From NCBI RefSeq assembly GCF_020745735.1, contig NC_083433.1, forward strand, positions 12,845,363 to 12,909,362: a stretch of 64,000 bases of DNA, given 5' to 3'. The notes beneath the pieces were generated by a model. The model worked only from the letters and a program-made list of their open reading frames with translations, did not search any database and was not told where the DNA came from. Source of the DNA: Hemiscyllium ocellatum. Taxonomy: Eukaryota. The position numbers and the translations under genes were made by a program. Below are positions 55,786-64,000 of the stretch, piece after piece (the first letter of the stretch is position 1; each line of letters starts with the position of its first letter).

Positions 55786-57678
55786 TGATCAGCCCAGTTA
55801 CGAATTAACATGGTTTTGCTCTTTGTCTCAATTTACCTTGGCTCTCACGACCAAAGATATCAGGCTGGGTGGATTGGCCGTGCTAAATTGCTGATAGCAT
55901 CTAGGGATAGGTAGGCTAAGTGGATCAGCCTTGGGATATGGGGGAAAGCATGGGTCTGAACAGGATGCTGTTCAGATGATTGATGCAGACTCAATGGGGT
56001 GAATAGCCTCTTTCTGGACTGTAGGGATTCTATCAGCATGACTTAATGTTTGTTTAAAATAAAAGGATTTATATGCTGGAATAAATATGTTCAGTGCCTT
56101 AAAGTCTCACCCCCACCCTGAAGGTTGCAGAATGCACTAGTTAAACAAAATTCACTGAAACAATCACCAGGATGTCTGTGACAGCCCCCTCCCTAACCCA
56201 TGATCCCTGAAACCTTGGAAGATAAATAAAACAGCTGTACAGGAGAGTCAGTATCTCCAGGTTTTCTCTCCCAGTCACACCCACTCCCCAACATGGAGAG
56301 CAATCATTGCTCCTTCAATATCACTGGGTCAAATCAAACTGCATCAGGAGAATCCTTCACCCTATGGGAAGCTGGGAGGAAGCTAGGATCAGCTTGGACT
56401 GCAAACTGCTGACTTTAGCAGCAAGAGTAAATCAGATGGAAGCATCTAACCTCAAGCATTGCTGTTATTCCCAGATCACAGTCATCCTGCTCATTTCAGC
56501 TGTAGGGGGCTATGCAGAACACACATTATTCTCCAACGCAGCTCAGGAGAGTTCCTTGAGCTGATTCCCTGGAATCGTCCCCAGCGCAGGGCTGTCGGGC
56601 CTGAAGATTTTTTTTTTTAAAAAAAAAGGAAAGGTCGGGGGCAATGGGGGAAGGCTGTGTGGTTTTGAGACTGAGCAGTCTGCTAGGCAAAGTAAAATGA
56701 GGGATGCACACAGGACAACTCATTTCTGGGAAAGTTGTGGATTGGCTCCTTGTTGTTCCAATAGGGGAATTTAAAGTTCCCAGCCTGAGTAGTATTTTTG
56801 AGAGTAGGAGGGCATGAATGGTCAGTGTGGCTAACTACTGAAACAAGGTGAAGATCAAAGGGCCCAGCACTGACCCTGGTCAGAAACCCAACTGGCCCTC
56901 TAGAACCTTAGGCTGGGCCCACTGTCCAAGGAAGCCACAACACTTGGAATATAGTTGTTCTGGCACTCTATGGGCAGCTATGGAAGAGGTGTTGGGATTG
57001 TATCATTTCCAGGTTGGCTGGTTCCACAATCTGGACAGAAACTGGAGCCTGATGGACCTCACCTTAGTGGAGGTGAGCTGGTCATCAGTTTAGACTCAAT
57101 TGATATTTATTGCTAAAGTGAAAATAAGTCATTAGAGGCTTAGGTAAGCTATTTGAAGGACGTCTGCACTTGACTGTTTGTGAAAGGAAGTTTCTCTATC
57201 ACCTCAGTTTTCCTTGACCACAAATGTAGCTATTCAGTCCAGACAAAAATAAAGTGTTAATAGTACAAAAGAAAGGAATGAAGACTGTCCACCCCTAGAC
57301 TGTAATCCAACCTTACATTCTACAGAGGGGGTGGTGGAGGGCTGGCCTGACCTCATGGTTACTCCAGAGCAGCACCTTCTGGAGATCCCAGTCCAGTTGG
57401 ATGATGAGTGGGGTAGGGAAGAGGAAAAGAAAACCCAGTGAAAGTTTCATAACCTAGTTATTTGGTCAGCCAAATTACTCATTCCAAGAGATCTACCAAA
57501 GTGAAGTATCAGCGGTCTGAATGATGGACAATCAGCAAGATTTTATTCATTTCCATTCAGGTGGTACAGCCATTACATTCTTGCCAACATGCTCCTTCTC
57601 CCTGGGTGGGGGAAGCCAGATTGTCCAAGTGAAGTCAGTAATGCATTCAGACAAAAGCAGACAGTCCCCCAGGCCCCA

Positions 57679-61956
<4,278 letters not shown>

Positions 61957-62048
61957 TCTGGGACAACTACTGCTTTAACTTTCTCCCCAAATCCCAATCA
62001 CAAATTGAAGATTAACACCAACTGTACCTAAACAAACACTGCCTTTGG

Positions 62049-62180
62049 ACTTTTATTTATACTTCAGGAGTTGACCCGCAGTTTATTCAGCAGGAAATGA
62101 CATCATCAGTGATGGCCAATCACTCTTGTTAGTCAATCCATCAGCTGCCATGTCCAATCAGCACAGGATGGGAATTGGAT
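62049..62180 (-). promoter_or_regulatory. Ferritin copy 6 core promoter
   Basis: TATAAATAAAAG, CAGGAAATGACATCA and CCAAT boxes. Confidence 0.7.
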
Positions 62181-63579
62181 CCAGAAGCCAAACAGAATTG
62201 ACAACTGGTTGATGATGTCATTGCTGATTGACTTTTGACCTGCTGCATAACTGCAAATTCTGGAAGTGCATCTACCTGAAAATGAAAATAAAACATACTC
62301 TAAAATTTCACTATTGCATCTGAGGTTGTTTATTATAAAGACATGCTCAACACAGATTTGCAGAATTCTGTTTGTTCGTTCATCTGAGGGATTTGTCTTC
62401 CTGTCTTTTGAACGGCAGTGTTGGGAGTCCATTGAAAAATGGCTAGATTTTGTTGATATTAAACTTTTGCCTATTGCTTGACAGTGACAGAAATAATGTG
62501 CTTTTGGGTCCTAGTGCAGGCAACTTTGTGGATTCATTCTAAATCTGCTGTGACCTCTTTGACCTTGGGTCTCTGGAAGCCCAGTTTACAAACCAAAATG
62601 CGAAATGTGCTGAGTGCCTCAGCCATGTAGTAGGCCTCAGGCCTCCATGTCTAAATTGCTGCTCAAAACCTATGGTACATTCAGCTTTTCTGTCTCCATG
62701 TTCAATTTGTAATTGTTTCAAGAAGGACCAGCCCTCAACTCAAGGATGTTTCCAAGTGGGAGGATTCTGATTCTGGAAAGTCAGGAGTTGAGAAATTCAC
62801 AACAGAATTCCCAGCCTCTGACTATTTCTCATCGCCGTGAATATTTATCAGGGTTGACCTCTAACCGTGGTTTCATGTGTAATATTCAAACTTGTAATTC
62901 AATCCGACAAAATACGGCTAGACTGTAACCTGGTATTTGGGAAAGTTATTGGGTCAAAGTAACTTGTTTCCACCAATCCATCCGTCAAGGCTGTGATCAT
63001 ACCCTAACATTGAGTGGGGATCTTCAATCTCCAAACTCTCCCAGCCCACCATTCCACTGGAGGCTGCTCAGTTCAACACAATCAACATTAGGTTGAGACA
63101 CTTTCATGTCCATATCGCTGTGGGTATGGACCACATAGAGCTCGGAGACTAGTTTCTGAGCAGTACATTCTGCAGAATACAATGTAAACAGAACAATAAT
63201 CCTGCTAATTGGAAACATGCTCAAGTTGAGGGCTAGTTCTTCTTGAAACAAGTAAAAACTGAACATGGAGATAGAAAAGCTGAATGTACCATATGTTTCG
63301 AGCAGCAATTTAGACATGGAGGCCTGAGGCCTACTACATGGCTGAGGCACTCAGCACATTTAGTATTTTGGTTTATAAACTGGACTATGTATATATTGTC
63401 GCATATGCAGTTTGGTTCTGTACAATTGCATATCAAAGAAACAAATATTGGAGTTTGACTCTATCCAACAAATCAAAGACTTCTCTTACTTGAACCAGAT
63501 TATATTTACATGCATTTGAGGCAGTGGAAAGATCCAATAACTGAATGGATCCTCATTAACCTTCAGCAGAAAGACTTCA

Positions 63580-64000
63580 GACAATGGTCTTTCCCCACAT
63601 GCCTCTCAGCGGCAGCTGCCCCAAGCTTCAGCGCGTCCCTCAGCACGTAGACCTGGACCTTGGAATGTGCCGGTCTGCAACACTCAGTCAGGGTCAACTA
63701 CTTGCTCTGGAAGACCAACCAAATTTTGGGTAAACCAAAGGGGGCCTTTCACTGAGTGGATAGTCCTCCAGGCGTAGTTAATGTTTGTCTTGATGTGTGA
63801 CCTGAGGAGCAGACCATAGAGCACAGAGTCCCACGTCATGGATCTGCTCAGGACGACACTCAACACACACCACTGCATCATCCTCCAGACTTCCTTTGCA
63901 AGGGCACATTCAGGAAGGAGATGTGGAACAGTCTCTATCCCCGGCAGCCGCTTCGCGGGCAGCGTTCGATGGCGCAGAGAGACCGGGCGTGCATGAGGAT
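63580..64000 (-). mobile_element. Tx1-like LINE fragment, cut by the window edge
   Basis: Paralog of 25080-25500, suggesting that a further unit follows. Confidence 0.75.

Overview
Vertebrate genomic DNA, most likely a shark or other cartilaginous fish (inferred from HE1/V-SINE, CR1/HER1, Tx1 and Penelope repeat types). The window is a head-to-tail tandem array of at least six four-exon ferritin genes on the minus strand, with a unit of about 9.6-10.2 kb; spacer sequence of the same unit runs off the right edge. Copies 2-6 encode intact 176-aa subunits, and copy 1 has a destroyed exon-4 acceptor. All copies are an unusual H/L intermediate: E27, Y34, H65 and E107 are kept, but K62, E141 and L173 are L-type (human H numbering, aligned by eye), and no iron-responsive element is visible in the short 5' UTR. 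The most striking structure is a single 5.55-kb insertion (18283-23828) just upstream of copy 2, bounded by a 15-bp target-site duplication and 96-bp inverted Penelope pseudo-LTRs that each carry a minimal hammerhead ribozyme. It contains a Penelope RT/GIY-YIG ORF plus about 3 kb of captured host DNA holding the promoter and intact first exon of a different, more divergent ferritin paralog. Other content includes a decayed CR1 LINE, Tx1 fragments amplified with each unit, HE1-type SINEs, a fold-back inverted duplication in each derived spacer, and a 25-bp micro-inversion that marks mosaic copies.
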